Assembly (NCBI GenBank): GCA_951813625.1
Contig: CATOTS010000001.1
Coordinates: 231,928-295,927, forward strand
Source of the DNA: an uncultured Caldilineaceae bacterium
GTDB lineage: Bacteria > Chloroflexota > Anaerolineae > Caldilineales > Caldilineaceae
Direction: 5' to 3'
DNA: 64,000 bases
Below are positions 48,322-57,694 of the stretch, piece after piece (position 1 is the stretch's first letter; each line of letters starts with the position of its first letter). Position numbers and translations under genes: made by a program. The notes under the pieces were generated by a model. It was given only the letters and a program-made list of their open reading frames with translations, was not told the origin of the DNA and made no database searches.

Positions 48322-49443
48322 ATGAAGATTGAACGAATCGAACTTCGCCGTATCCATATGCCCTACGTGCGCCCGTTTGAGACGAGCGGCTGGCGCCACG
48401 AAGGCAGCGACGCCGTGATCGTCCGGGTAGACGCGGAGGGGGCGACCGGCTGGGGCGAATCTCCGGTAAGCGAAGGCCCCTGGTACAACGAAGAGACGTT
48501 CCACACCGCTCTGATCATGCAACGCGAGTTTCTTGCCCCGATGCTGTTGGAAGCAGATATCGACGAACCCGGGGACGTGCGGGACATATTCATGCGTGTG
48601 CGCGCCAACCGGATGGCGAAAGCAGGGCTGGAGTTCGCGGTCTGGGACCTATTTGCAAACGCGCAGGGCGTCTCGCTGGCAAAGTTGCTGGGCGGGACGC
48701 GTGCCGAAGTTGCGGTCGGGGTGAGCGTGCCGATTCACGCCAGCGTTGACGAGCTGATGGAGACGGTTGAAGGCTACCTGGCGGACGGATACGAACGGGT
48801 CAAGCTGAAGATCAAACCGGGCTGGGACATCGAGCCGACGCGGGCGGTGCGCGAACGCTGGCCTGACCTGTTGCTGCAGGTGGACGGCAACAGCATCTAC
48901 CGCCTTGAGGACGCGGAACATCTGCGGCAATTGGATGCGTTCGATCTGTTGCTCAACGAACAGCCGCTCGAACACGACGATATATTCGATCACGCCAAGC
49001 TGGCGAGGCTGATCGAAACGCCTGTCTGCCTGGATGAGAGCATTGTCTCGCCGGACCATGCGCGCTGGGCGCTCGAGCTGGATGCGTGCGGCGTGATCAA
49101 CGTCAAACCGTCGCGCATCGGGGGTCTGGCCGATTCAGTCTCGATCCACGATATGTGCCAGGATGCAGGGATTCCCGTCTGGCACGGCGGGATGCTGGAG
49201 ACAGGAATCGGGCGAGCAATCAGCGTGGCGCTGGCAAGCCTGCCCAACTTCAGCCTGCCGGGCGACATCAGCGCCAACGACCGCTATTTTCAGAGGGACA
49301 TCGTCACCAATCCGTTCAGGTTGAACGACAACAGTACGCTGACAGTCCCGGCCGGCCCGGGGCACGGCGCGCAGGTGGACGAGGCTTATCTGGACGAGGT
49401 GACGGTGGAGAAAGTCTGTCTGCGGCGAAACGGCCATGGATAG
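48322..49443 (+). CDS. enolase-superfamily o-succinylbenzoate synthase / N-acylamino-acid racemase-like enzyme
   Basis: Capping domain MKIERIELRRIHMPYVRPFETS. Barrel motifs KLKIKPG (KxK), QVDGN, EQPL, LDES and a GGM...GI ending, typical of the MenC/NAAAR subgroup. Confidence 0.75.
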   Translation: MKIERIELRRIHMPYVRPFETSGWRHEGSDAVIVRVDAEGATGWGESPVSEGPWYNEETFHTALIMQREFLAPMLLEADIDEPGDVRDIFMRVRANRMAKAGLEFAVWDLFANAQGVSLAKLLGGTRAEVAVGVSVPIHASVDELMETVEGYLADGYERVKLKIKPGWDIEPTRAVRERWPDLLLQVDGNSIYRLEDAEHLRQLDAFDLLLNEQPLEHDDIFDHAKLARLIETPVCLDESIVSPDHARWALELDACGVINVKPSRIGGLADSVSIHDMCQDAGIPVWHGGMLETGIGRAISVALASLPNFSLPGDISANDRYFQRDIVTNPFRLNDNSTLTVPAGPGHGAQVDEAYLDEVTVEKVCLRRNGHG

Positions 49444-49509
49444 AGGATCGCGGCGTGTTTTGTCGGTTTGATCCCGCATTTGTGAAGCGGGCGGCCAGGG
49501 AGTGGCACC

Positions 49510-50280
49510 ATGGCGAAGAAACGGGGCAAGCCTTCATTTATCGGCATCGACCTGGCCTGGAGCGAACGCAATCCATCGGGCGCGGCTGTAATCCGCGACG
49601 GACGGCTGGTCGCGCAGACGGGGGGCCTTCGCAGAACGGCCGAAATTGTCGACTTTGTAGGGGCGCATCTTTCGCGGCGCAATGGATCGATTGTGGCCGT
49701 CGATGCACCGCTGCGCGTACCGAACGAGACGGGCAGCCGGGAATGCGACCGGGCGTTGACGGCGGAGTGGCGGCGATTCCACGCTGGAGCGTATCCGGCC
49801 AACCGCAAGCTACTGGCCCGCGACGGCGTGGTGCGGGGGGAGGCGTTGACAGCGGCGCTGATGGAGCGCTTCAAGTTCAACGAGACCGATGTGATCCCGC
49901 GCCGGACGAAGGCGCGGCTGGTGTGCGAGGTCTATCCCCACCCGGCGCTCGTAAGCCTGTTTGGGCTGGACAGCATCCTGCGCTACAAGCGTGGGCGAGG
50001 ACGCAGTTACGAGGAACGCTGGCCGGAGTATGAACGCTATCGCTCGCTCTTGCGCGGGCTTCGGAAGGCCGATCCGCCGCTGCGGAGGACCCGTCGACTT
50101 CTCAAGAAGGCCGAGGTCACTGGCCTGCGCGGCGCGGCGCTGCAAGCGTACGAGGATACGCTCGATGCGGTGACCTGCGCTTACGTCGCGTCCTTTCTGT
50201 GGCGGCACGGGCCGGGCGCGGTCAAGCGATATGGTTCATTGGATGAAGGGCACATATTGGTGCCGATACCGAAGAAGTGA
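49510..50280 (+). CDS. DUF429-family (predicted RNase H-fold) protein
   Basis: FIGIDLAWSERNPSG...VAVDAPL...R.CDR...YPHPA...DALTCAYVA layout resembles DUF429. Confidence 0.55.
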   Translation: MAKKRGKPSFIGIDLAWSERNPSGAAVIRDGRLVAQTGGLRRTAEIVDFVGAHLSRRNGSIVAVDAPLRVPNETGSRECDRALTAEWRRFHAGAYPANRKLLARDGVVRGEALTAALMERFKFNETDVIPRRTKARLVCEVYPHPALVSLFGLDSILRYKRGRGRSYEERWPEYERYRSLLRGLRKADPPLRRTRRLLKKAEVTGLRGAALQAYEDTLDAVTCAYVASFLWRHGPGAVKRYGSLDEGHILVPIPKK

Positions 50281-50374
50281 ACGTGAAGCAGCTGAACTGC
50301 GCGTTGCGTTCCCAGGTCTCCACCGTACCGTTTCCCGGATAACAACAGAAACTCGACTCTTCGCGGGATAAGAT

Positions 50375-52084
50375 TCAGCGCCGTCCCTTACCCTTGCGAC
50401 GCGTCTGGGACTGAATCCGCGCCCAGGTGTCGCGCAGCGTAATGGTGCGGTTGAAGACAAGGTTGTCGTCGGCGCTGTCCGGGTCGAGGCAGAAGTAGCC
50501 TTTGCGCTCGAACTGTACGGTCTGGCCGACGGCGAGTTCGCGTACGCTCGGTTCAAGTTGGACTTCGTTCTGCACGGACAGCGAATCGGGGGAGAGGCTG
50601 GCCATGAAGTCCTGGCCTTCGGGTACGTCGAACGGGTCTTCGACGTTGAAGAGGCGGTCGTAGAGCCGCACTTCGGCCGGTACTGCATGATCGGCGCTGA
50701 CCCAGTGGATGGTGCCGCGCACTTTGCGCCCGTCGGGCGCGTAGCCTCCCTTGGTGTCCGGATCGTAGGAGCAGTGGAGGGCGACGACTTCGCCCCTGTC
50801 ATTCTTGATCACTTCCTCGCAGCGGATGAAGTAACCCCAACGGAGACGGACTTCGCGGCCCGGCGCGAGGCGAAAGAACTTGCGCGGCGGGTCCTCCATG
50901 AAGTCATCGCGCTCGATCAGCAGATTGCGGCTGAAGGGAATCGTGCGGCTGCCGGCGTCTTCGTCCTCCGGGTTGTTGACCGCCTCCACCCATTCGGTCT
51001 CGCCTTCGGGGTAGTTGGTAATCACGACAGGCAGCGGGTCTAGGACGCCCATCACGCGCATGGCTGTGCGGTTCAATTCCTGGCGAATGAAGTGATCAAG
51101 CAGCTCGATTTCGACGGTGCTGTTGGTGCGGGCGATGCCGACGTGCTCGCAGAGGTCGCGCAGCGCTTTGGCAGGTACGCCCCGCCGACGCTGTCCGGCC
51201 AGAGTCGGCATGCGCGGGTCGTCCCATCCGGCGACGCGGTCCTCCTCCACGAGGCGCATGAGGCGGCGTTTGCTGGTTACCGTGTAGGTGAATTCCAGCT
51301 TGGCGAACTCGATCTGCCGCGGATGGTAGACTTCGAGCGAGTCCAGGTACCAGTCGTAGAGCGGACGATGGTTCAGGTATTCAAGCGAGCAGAGCGAATG
51401 CGTGACGCCCTCGATGGAATCGGACTGGCCGTGGGCCCAGTCGTACATGGGGTAGATGCACCAGTCGTCGCCGGTTCGCTGATGCGACGCGTGGCGAATG
51501 CGGTACATCACCGGGTCGCGCAGGTTGACATTGGGCGAACTCATGTCGATCTTGGCGCGCAGCACCTTTGCACCGTCGGGAAACTCTCCGGCTTTCATGC
51601 GTTTGAACAGGTCCAGGTTCTCTTCGACGGAGCGGTTGCGGTAGGGGCTCTCCGTACCCGGCTCGGTGAGCGTACCGCGGTAGGCGCGAATCTCCTCCTG
51701 GCTGAGATCGTCCACATAGGCGTGACCCGATTCAATCAGCTGCAGCGCCCACTCGTAGAGCTGGCCGAAGTAGTCTGAGGTATAGAGGACGCTGGCCGGT
51801 TCGTAGCCGAGCCAGGAGATATCGGCGATCTGGGCGTCGACAAACTCCTGCTCCTCCTTGAGCGGGTTTGTGTCGTCGAAACGGAGGTTGCAGTGGCCGC
51901 CGAACTCGGCCGCCACCTCGAAGTTCAGACCGATCGCCTTGGCGTGGCCGACATGGAGATAGCCGTTCGGCTCCGGGGGAAAACGGGTCTGGAATCTTCC
52001 GTCGAAGCGGCCGTTGCTCAGATCTTCGGCAATCGCTTCACGAATAAAATCGCGCGCGGTCGTTGTGATATCAGAATCGCTCAT
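50375..52084 (-). CDS. glnS: glutamine--tRNA ligase
   Basis: [18 protein letters not shown] (HIGH), FDDTNP, VTSKRRL (KMSKS-like), GlnRS-type C-terminal beta-barrel anticodon domains. Confidence 0.9.
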   Translation of the reverse strand: MSDSDITTTARDFIREAIAEDLSNGRFDGRFQTRFPPEPNGYLHVGHAKAIGLNFEVAAEFGGHCNLRFDDTNPLKEEQEFVDAQIADISWLGYEPASVLYTSDYFGQLYEWALQLIESGHAYVDDLSQEEIRAYRGTLTEPGTESPYRNRSVEENLDLFKRMKAGEFPDGAKVLRAKIDMSSPNVNLRDPVMYRIRHASHQRTGDDWCIYPMYDWAHGQSDSIEGVTHSLCSLEYLNHRPLYDWYLDSLEVYHPRQIEFAKLEFTYTVTSKRRLMRLVEEDRVAGWDDPRMPTLAGQRRRGVPAKALRDLCEHVGIARTNSTVEIELLDHFIRQELNRTAMRVMGVLDPLPVVITNYPEGETEWVEAVNNPEDEDAGSRTIPFSRNLLIERDDFMEDPPRKFFRLAPGREVRLRWGYFIRCEEVIKNDRGEVVALHCSYDPDTKGGYAPDGRKVRGTIHWVSADHAVPAEVRLYDRLFNVEDPFDVPEGQDFMASLSPDSLSVQNEVQLEPSVRELAVGQTVQFERKGYFCLDPDSADDNLVFNRTITLRDTWARIQSQTRRKGKGRR

Positions 52085-52178
52085 CGGATCTCCCTGGAAT
52101 CGCGAGTTGTCGCCGACAATGGCTGGACCTGCGCAAAGAGTCCGTTCTCGGTTTGATTGCGCGATTCACAGCATGACC

Positions 52179-52207
52179 AATATACAATTCTTCAGCGCGC
52201 CGGGCAA
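52179..52207 (-). promoter_or_regulatory. candidate sigma70-type promoter (TTGCCC-N17-TATATT) upstream of glnS
   Basis: On the minus strand, TTGCCC (52207-52202), 17-nt spacer, TATATT (52184-52179), about 95 nt upstream of ATG 52084. Pattern match only. Confidence 0.3.
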
Positions 52208-52275
52208 GAAAATTCACTGGGAAAGTTGAACGCAGGAGAGTGGCACGGGCTGTCCGGTGGCTGCCGGGCGCACGG

Positions 52276-53121
52276 TCAGACGCCGCTGGTCGCGGAGAAT
52301 CCGCCGTCGACGGGCACGACGATGCCGGTGACGAAACGCGAGGCGTCGCTGGCAAGCCAGAGCGCGACACCGACCAGTTCATCCGGCTCGCCGAAGCGTC
52401 CCAGGGGCGTGTGGTCGACAATCTGCTGACCGCGCTCGGTCAGTGGCAGATTTCCCTGGGCGTCGGGGGCGGCGTCAGTGTCCAGCAGGAGCGCGCGGTT
52501 CTGCTCGCCGATGAAGAAGCCGGGCGCGATGGCGTTGACGCGCAGGCCGGCGCCGTGTTTCTCGGCCAGGTCGACGGCCAGCCAGCGAGTGAGATTGTCG
52601 ACGGCCGACTTGGCCGCGGAGTAGCCCATTACGCGTGTGAGCACCTTCTGCGCGGCCATCGAGGAGATGTTGATGATCGACCCGCTGCCCTGCTGGGTCA
52701 TCGGCTCACCAAAGACCTGGATAGGCAGCACCGTGCCGGTGAAGTTAAGGCCGACTACGCCTTCGAGGGCTTCGCGGGGCACGTTGAAGAAAGTTAGATC
52801 GCCAAAAACTGTGGCGTCGGGACGGTTGCCGCCGGCGCAGTTGATCAGCACGTCGACTCGTCCCCATTTGTCGAGCAAGGTCTGCCGCGCCGCGCGCAGG
52901 CTCCCCTCGTCGAGGACATCGGCCGGCAGAGGCATGGCGACGTGGCCGGCGGCTTCGATTTCATGCGCGACCTCCTGTGCCTTTTGAGCCCGGCGCCCGA
53001 GTACGGCCACGCGGGCGCCGGCCGCGGCCAAACCGCGGGACATCGCCCCGCCCAGCACGCCGGTGCCGCCCGTAACGACGGCAACTTTTCCTTCGAGTGA
53101 GAACTGTTTCCAGATGCTCAT
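52276..53121 (-). CDS. SDR-family oxidoreductase
   Basis: VAVVTGGTGVLGG (TGxxxGxG), NCAG, S...YSAAK catalytic motif, PLGRFG. Confidence 0.85.
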   Translation of the reverse strand: MSIWKQFSLEGKVAVVTGGTGVLGGAMSRGLAAAGARVAVLGRRAQKAQEVAHEIEAAGHVAMPLPADVLDEGSLRAARQTLLDKWGRVDVLINCAGGNRPDATVFGDLTFFNVPREALEGVVGLNFTGTVLPIQVFGEPMTQQGSGSIINISSMAAQKVLTRVMGYSAAKSAVDNLTRWLAVDLAEKHGAGLRVNAIAPGFFIGEQNRALLLDTDAAPDAQGNLPLTERGQQIVDHTPLGRFGEPDELVGVALWLASDASRFVTGIVVPVDGGFSATSGV

Positions 53122-53271
53122 GGCCTACTCCTGGCTTCGCGAAGTGCGGCAAGGAGCGATCTTCCTCACGGCCTATCCTCGCCACCTACGGTTGGATTGG
53201 ACTATAATCGACAAACACAGCTGCTCGCGTAATTGAATCACAGTTCGGAGCTGGAGCGAAAGGAAATCTTT

Positions 53272-54714
53272 GTGAACTCTTCTCTACGACAGCACATGCC
53301 GGACCGGGCGGAACGGTATTTCAGCGGCAGCGATGCCCAGCGGTCGGCGGCGCGCGCACTGTTCGAGAGCGTGGCAGACCTGCCTTTGATCTGCCCGCAC
53401 GGTCACGTGGACCCTCTGCTCTTCGCCGACGCGTCGTATCATTTCGGCTCGCCCGCGGAGCTGCTGCTGATCCCCGATCATTATGTCTTCAGGATGCTCT
53501 ACTCGCAAGGCGTTCCCCTGGAGGCGCAGGGTGTGGCGGTCAAGGAGGGCGAGGATGGGAGCGCTGTCGAAAGCGATCATCGCAAGATCTGGCAGACTTT
53601 TGCCGACAACTATCATCTTTTCCAGGGCACGCCGACCGGCCTATGGCTGAACGACGAGTTTCTCGATCTGTTCGGCATCGACGCGAAGCTGACGCCGACG
53701 AATGCGCAGGCCTTTTATGACAGGATCGCCCAACAGCTGGCCGCGCCGGAATTCACGCCGCGCCAGCTGTACGAGCAGTTCAACGTGGAGGCACTGACGA
53801 CCACGGATGCGGCCACCGATTCGCTCGAACATCATCGTGCGATCCGGGATTCGGGCTGGGCCGGGCGCATCTATCCGACATTTCGCCCGGACAAAGTGGT
53901 AAACGCGATCGATCAGCCGGAATGGCTGGAGCAGATCGAGCTGCTGCGAGAAGTATCGGGAATCGACATCAGCGACTATGCATCCTACATCCGTGCGCTG
54001 GAATTACGGCGAGTCTTTTTCAAAGAGATGGGGGCGACGGCCACGGATCACGCGGCAGAGACGCCGTACACTGAGGTTCTCTCCGGCGGTGAGGCGGAAT
54101 CCATCTTCGGGCGCGGGCTAGCGGGCCGGGCGAGTGAAGCCGACGCGCGCCGTTTCACCGGACACATGCTGGTCGAGATGGCGCGCATGAGCAGTGAGGA
54201 TGGATTGGTGATGCAATTGCACCCCGGTTCGGTCCGTAACCACAATGCGGCGCTCTACCAGCGATTCGGCGCGGACATGGGTGCGGACATTCCCCACTCG
54301 CTCGATTTCACGCGCAATTTGAAGCCGCTTCTGGACCGGTTCGGCTCCCACCCTTCGCTGCGTCTGATCTTGTTCACGCTCGACGAAGCGACGAGCGCGA
54401 GAGAGATGGCGCCGCTGGCAGGCCATTACCCGGTTTTGCGCATCGGACCGCCGTGGTGGTTCTACGACAGCATCAACGGGATGCGGAACTTCTTTGCGCA
54501 GGTGATGGAGACGGCGGGCATCTACAACACGGTCGGCTTCAATGACGACACACGCGCGTTCGCTTCGATTCCGACGCGGCATGAACTGTGGCGGCGCGTC
54601 GCCTGCGACTGGCTTGCCAGCTTGCTGGTCGAGGGGATTGTCGACGATGAAGATGCGCTCCAGATGGCGCACGCGCTGGCATATGGGCTGGCGAAAGAAG
54701 CCTATCGACTCTAA
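53272..54714 (+). CDS. uxaC: glucuronate isomerase
   Basis: LPLICPHGHVDP, LIPDHYVFRML, and overall colinearity with the shorter UxaC subfamily. The start is uncertain: GTG 53272 (AAAGGA SD 8 nt upstream), TTG 53233 or ATG 53296. Confidence 0.8.
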   Translation: MNSSLRQHMPDRAERYFSGSDAQRSAARALFESVADLPLICPHGHVDPLLFADASYHFGSPAELLLIPDHYVFRMLYSQGVPLEAQGVAVKEGEDGSAVESDHRKIWQTFADNYHLFQGTPTGLWLNDEFLDLFGIDAKLTPTNAQAFYDRIAQQLAAPEFTPRQLYEQFNVEALTTTDAATDSLEHHRAIRDSGWAGRIYPTFRPDKVVNAIDQPEWLEQIELLREVSGIDISDYASYIRALELRRVFFKEMGATATDHAAETPYTEVLSGGEAESIFGRGLAGRASEADARRFTGHMLVEMARMSSEDGLVMQLHPGSVRNHNAALYQRFGADMGADIPHSLDFTRNLKPLLDRFGSHPSLRLILFTLDEATSAREMAPLAGHYPVLRIGPPWWFYDSINGMRNFFAQVMETAGIYNTVGFNDDTRAFASIPTRHELWRRVACDWLASLLVEGIVDDEDALQMAHALAYGLAKEAYRL

Positions 54715-54755
54715 GCAAAGGCAAGAAGCCCGGCATCGAGCATCGTTTCCAAGGA

Positions 54756-55063
54756 GTAACTACTCAGCCGCAATCAGTTTGTGACCCTGAATGAGGTGAG
54801 CGAAGGTGTTTTCTCTCTCCTCACTCCGCTTTACTTTCTCCATGCTTTTTGGACGGTCGGGCCTTCGGCCCTCCCTTGTGCGGGGGGACTCCCCCCGCAA
54901 CGCCCCCCTCCAAAACCAGCGCTCACCGACGGTACGTCGTCATTCCTGCAGTGCGGCTTATCCAACGTGGTGGCGGCCAACCGAATTCGCAATCAGAGAA
55001 TCTGAATGGCGGCGGGGATGAAGCGCTGGTCGAGACAGACGCTGTATGTGGCTTGGTAGTTAC
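54756..55063 (+). mobile_element. MITE-like non-autonomous element with IS66-type termini (308 bp) and 8-bp TSD
   Basis: Termini GTAACTACTCAGCC (54756) and GGCTTGGTAGTTAC (55063) resemble the IS66-family IRs at 7693/9231. Flanked by a perfect direct repeat TCCAAGGA (54748-54755, 55064-55071). No credible ORF. Contains the 19-bp palindrome GCGGGGGGACTCCCCCCGC (54880-54898). Confidence 0.8.
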
Positions 55064-55116
55064 TCCAAGGAGTTGATCCGGGGACAGCAGGAATCTTGAG
55101 TAAGCGGCTGTCTAGA

Positions 55117-56280
55117 TCAGTCGACTTCGGCGGAGCGGCGATGCCAGTCTTCGGCGAAGAGATTGAAGTGGACGCGGCGGCGGGGATTGGCCTCGACGAC
55201 ATCTTCGTCGAGGGTCACGCCCAGGCCGGGTCCGGATGGCAGGGCGAAGTAGCCGTCTTCGATTTCGGGATTGCCAGGGGCCGCGTCCTTGACATAGGCT
55301 TCGGCAAAGTCGTTGAAGTGCTCCTGGATCTTGAAATTGGGCGTACAGGCTGCCAGGTGGAGCGCGGCTGCGGTCGAAATGGGGCCGCCCACGTTGTGAG
55401 GGGCAACGAGAACATAGTAGGCCTCGGCCCAGGCAGCCAGTTTCTTGGTGTTGAGAATGCCGCCGAAGTGGGTGATATCCGGCTGGATGATGTCGCAGGC
55501 CTGCAACTCGAAAAGCTCGCGGTATTCGTACATGGTGTGCAGACGCTCGCCGGTGGCGACCGGGATACCGAGCGGAGTGATGGCGTCTGCCGCCTTTTTC
55601 TGCGCGGCCAGATTTTCCGGCGGGACAGGCTCCTCAAGCCAGGAGGGCTTGAAACGGGCAAGCTCGCGGGCGAACTCGACCGCCGTGACGGGGTTGAAAC
55701 GACCGTGCATTTCGATGAGGATTTCGACGTCGGGGCCGACGGCGTCGCGCACCGCCTCCACCAGGCCGATGACATAGTTCTTTTCGGCCCGCTCCATCTC
55801 GTAGAAACCAGCGCCGAAGGGATCGAATTTGAGCGCTTTGTAGCCCTTGGCCAGCACGCGTTTGGCCGCGGCGTGAAATTCATCCGCGCTGCGTTCACCG
55901 GTGTACCAGCCGTTGGCGTACCCTTTGATATTGTCGCGCACTGCGCCGCCGAGCAGCCGGTAAACCGGCTGGTTGAGAGCTTTGCCGATGATATCCCAGC
56001 AGGCGACCTCGATGAGCGCGATGACGGTCATAATGATTTCACCGGCGCGGCCGAAGTCCTCGCGGAACATGCGGGCGACAAGACGCTCGACGTTAAACGG
56101 GTCCTCACCGATGACATAGCGGGGCGCGGCTTCACTCAGATACCCGAGGACGCCGTCAGTCCGGTTGAGCGCGCGGCATTCGCCCACGCCGACAAGGCCT
56201 TCGTCAGTTTCGACTTTGACGATAGTAAGGTTACGCCACTCGGTTCCGAGCACCATCGGCGTTACTTTGCTGATTCTCAT
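55117..56280 (-). CDS. enolase-superfamily acid-sugar dehydratase (D-mannonate/D-galactonate dehydratase-like)
   Basis: MRISKVTPMVL...VKVETDEGLVGVGE capping domain, ALKFDPFG, the metal ligand series D...E...E (IEMHGRF, LEEP, ATGERL), and DITHFGG. Confidence 0.8.
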   Translation of the reverse strand: MRISKVTPMVLGTEWRNLTIVKVETDEGLVGVGECRALNRTDGVLGYLSEAAPRYVIGEDPFNVERLVARMFREDFGRAGEIIMTVIALIEVACWDIIGKALNQPVYRLLGGAVRDNIKGYANGWYTGERSADEFHAAAKRVLAKGYKALKFDPFGAGFYEMERAEKNYVIGLVEAVRDAVGPDVEILIEMHGRFNPVTAVEFARELARFKPSWLEEPVPPENLAAQKKAADAITPLGIPVATGERLHTMYEYRELFELQACDIIQPDITHFGGILNTKKLAAWAEAYYVLVAPHNVGGPISTAAALHLAACTPNFKIQEHFNDFAEAYVKDAAPGNPEIEDGYFALPSGPGLGVTLDEDVVEANPRRRVHFNLFAEDWHRRSAEVD

Positions 56281-56309
56281 AAGGATCCTCGCGTATGGGA
56301 AAAGATTTG

Positions 56310-56354
56310 CTTCAGTTACCGGGATTCAGTTTCCGGGATTCAGTTTCCGGGATA
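56310..56354. repeat. 14-bp tandem repeat CCGGGATTCAGTTT, about 3 units
   Basis: Units at 56319-56332 and 56333-56346 are identical, with partial units on both sides. Lies 30-75 nt upstream of the dehydratase ATG (56280) in the divergent region with rpsT. Confidence 0.7.
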
Positions 56355-56566
56355 CTGTATCGCAATGGGTGGAAACGCGCCACAATTTGGGGTCGAAACC
56401 AGGATTGTATAGGTTCCATTGGATGCGGGGCCGGACAGCGGGAAGTGCGGCCAAACGCGGTTGGAGAATTGGAAAACTGGCAATCTTCTGCTAGAATTGC
56501 CTCATCTATCCATATTGGCCGGAGTATCAATTGATGGCGGCCACCGGGCGCCGCATGGAGAAACAG

Positions 56567-56833
56567 ATGCCGAACATCAGATCAGCAGCCAAGCGTGTGC
56601 GCCAGGATGAGCACAGGCAAGAGCGCAACCGACGATATCGCAGCGCTGCCCGCACTGCTGTCAAGAAGGCGCGCGCCTCGATTGAAGAATCAAATCCGGG
56701 AGCAGGGGAGGCCGTGCGCGCGGCCGCAGTCGCGCTGGACCGCGCCGCGCAACGCGGCGCCATTCACGCCAACAACGCGGCAAGGCGTAAGAGCAGGCTG
56801 ATGCTCCAGTACAGCAAGGCAGTCGCAGCGTAA
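56567..56833 (+). CDS. rpsT: 30S ribosomal protein S20
   Basis: MPNIRSAAKRVRQDEHRQERNRRYRSAARTAVKKA... is the canonical S20 N-terminus. The ORF opens at 56531. Confidence 0.9.
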   Translation: MPNIRSAAKRVRQDEHRQERNRRYRSAARTAVKKARASIEESNPGAGEAVRAAAVALDRAAQRGAIHANNAARRKSRLMLQYSKAVAA

Positions 56834-56906
56834 CGGCCTGCTGTAAACAATTTGCAGCGGCCACTGGGGCCGCGCGGCATTTTCTTCAATAAGTTAGCAT
56901 CCGAAA

Positions 56907-56935
56907 GCCGTCCGAAGCAAAACCGGGCGGCTTTT
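56907..56935. terminator. candidate bidirectional rho-independent terminator between rpsT and nth
   Basis: GCCGTCCG-loop(9)-CGGGCGGC (one G-U pair) followed by TTTT on the plus strand and preceded by AAA, which is T-rich on the minus strand. Sits between convergent genes. Confidence 0.45.
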
Positions 56936-56954
56936 GCGCGTCTGCCTGCTGTAG

Positions 56955-57656
56955 TCAACCATTCGTTTCCGACCATGCGCCAGTACGTGCCACATAGTGG
57001 CAGCTGTTCCGCAGGACGCAGTGCCCGCAGCGGGGCACTCGCGCCCGGCAGACGCCGCGTCCATGGCTGATCAGGTTGACGTGGAGTGTAAAGTAGGTCT
57101 CCGGCGGCAGGGCTTCTTCCCAAATGGTCTTGATCTTCTCCGCCGAAGCGCGCGGCCCGCTGATGCCAAGACGCTGGCTCTGGCGCTGGATGTGGGTATC
57201 GACGGGAAACGCGGCCATCCCATAGCTGAACAGGAGCACAATGCTGGCTGTCTTGTGACCCACGCCGGGGAAGCTCTGCAGGTACGTTTGGGCGGCCTCA
57301 GGTTCCATCCCCTGGACGTGGTCGAGGCTGTAGAAACCTTCCTCGCGGTGCAGCATCTCCAGCGTTTCGACGATGTGCGGGGCCTTCTGGTTGTACATGC
57401 CGGCAACGCGAATGGCATCCTTGATTTCGGAAAGAGGCGCCGTGCGCACCGCGTCCCAATCGTCGTTGAAGCGCTGCCGCAGCGTCTCGAAGGCCCTGCC
57501 GGAGTTTCGGTCGTTGGTATTTGCGCTGAGGATGGTCTGGATCAGCTGCTCGAAGCCACTGCGTCGGGGCTGCCAAACCGGCTCGCCGTACTCGGCCAGC
57601 AACAGATCATAGATCTGCTGGGCCTTATCCTCGGGACCGCGAACAGAATCAGCCAT
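56955..57656 (-). CDS. nth: endonuclease III family DNA glycosylase
   Basis: HhH-GPD motifs (FPGVGHKTASIVLLF, PVDTHIQR) and the C-terminal 4Fe-4S cluster CRARVPRCGHCVLRNSC. Confidence 0.85.
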   Translation of the reverse strand: MADSVRGPEDKAQQIYDLLLAEYGEPVWQPRRSGFEQLIQTILSANTNDRNSGRAFETLRQRFNDDWDAVRTAPLSEIKDAIRVAGMYNQKAPHIVETLEMLHREEGFYSLDHVQGMEPEAAQTYLQSFPGVGHKTASIVLLFSYGMAAFPVDTHIQRQSQRLGISGPRASAEKIKTIWEEALPPETYFTLHVNLISHGRGVCRARVPRCGHCVLRNSCHYVARTGAWSETNG

Positions 57657-57694
57657 TGCTGCGCTACCTCTCCGGCGCCTGAATATAGCCGCAC

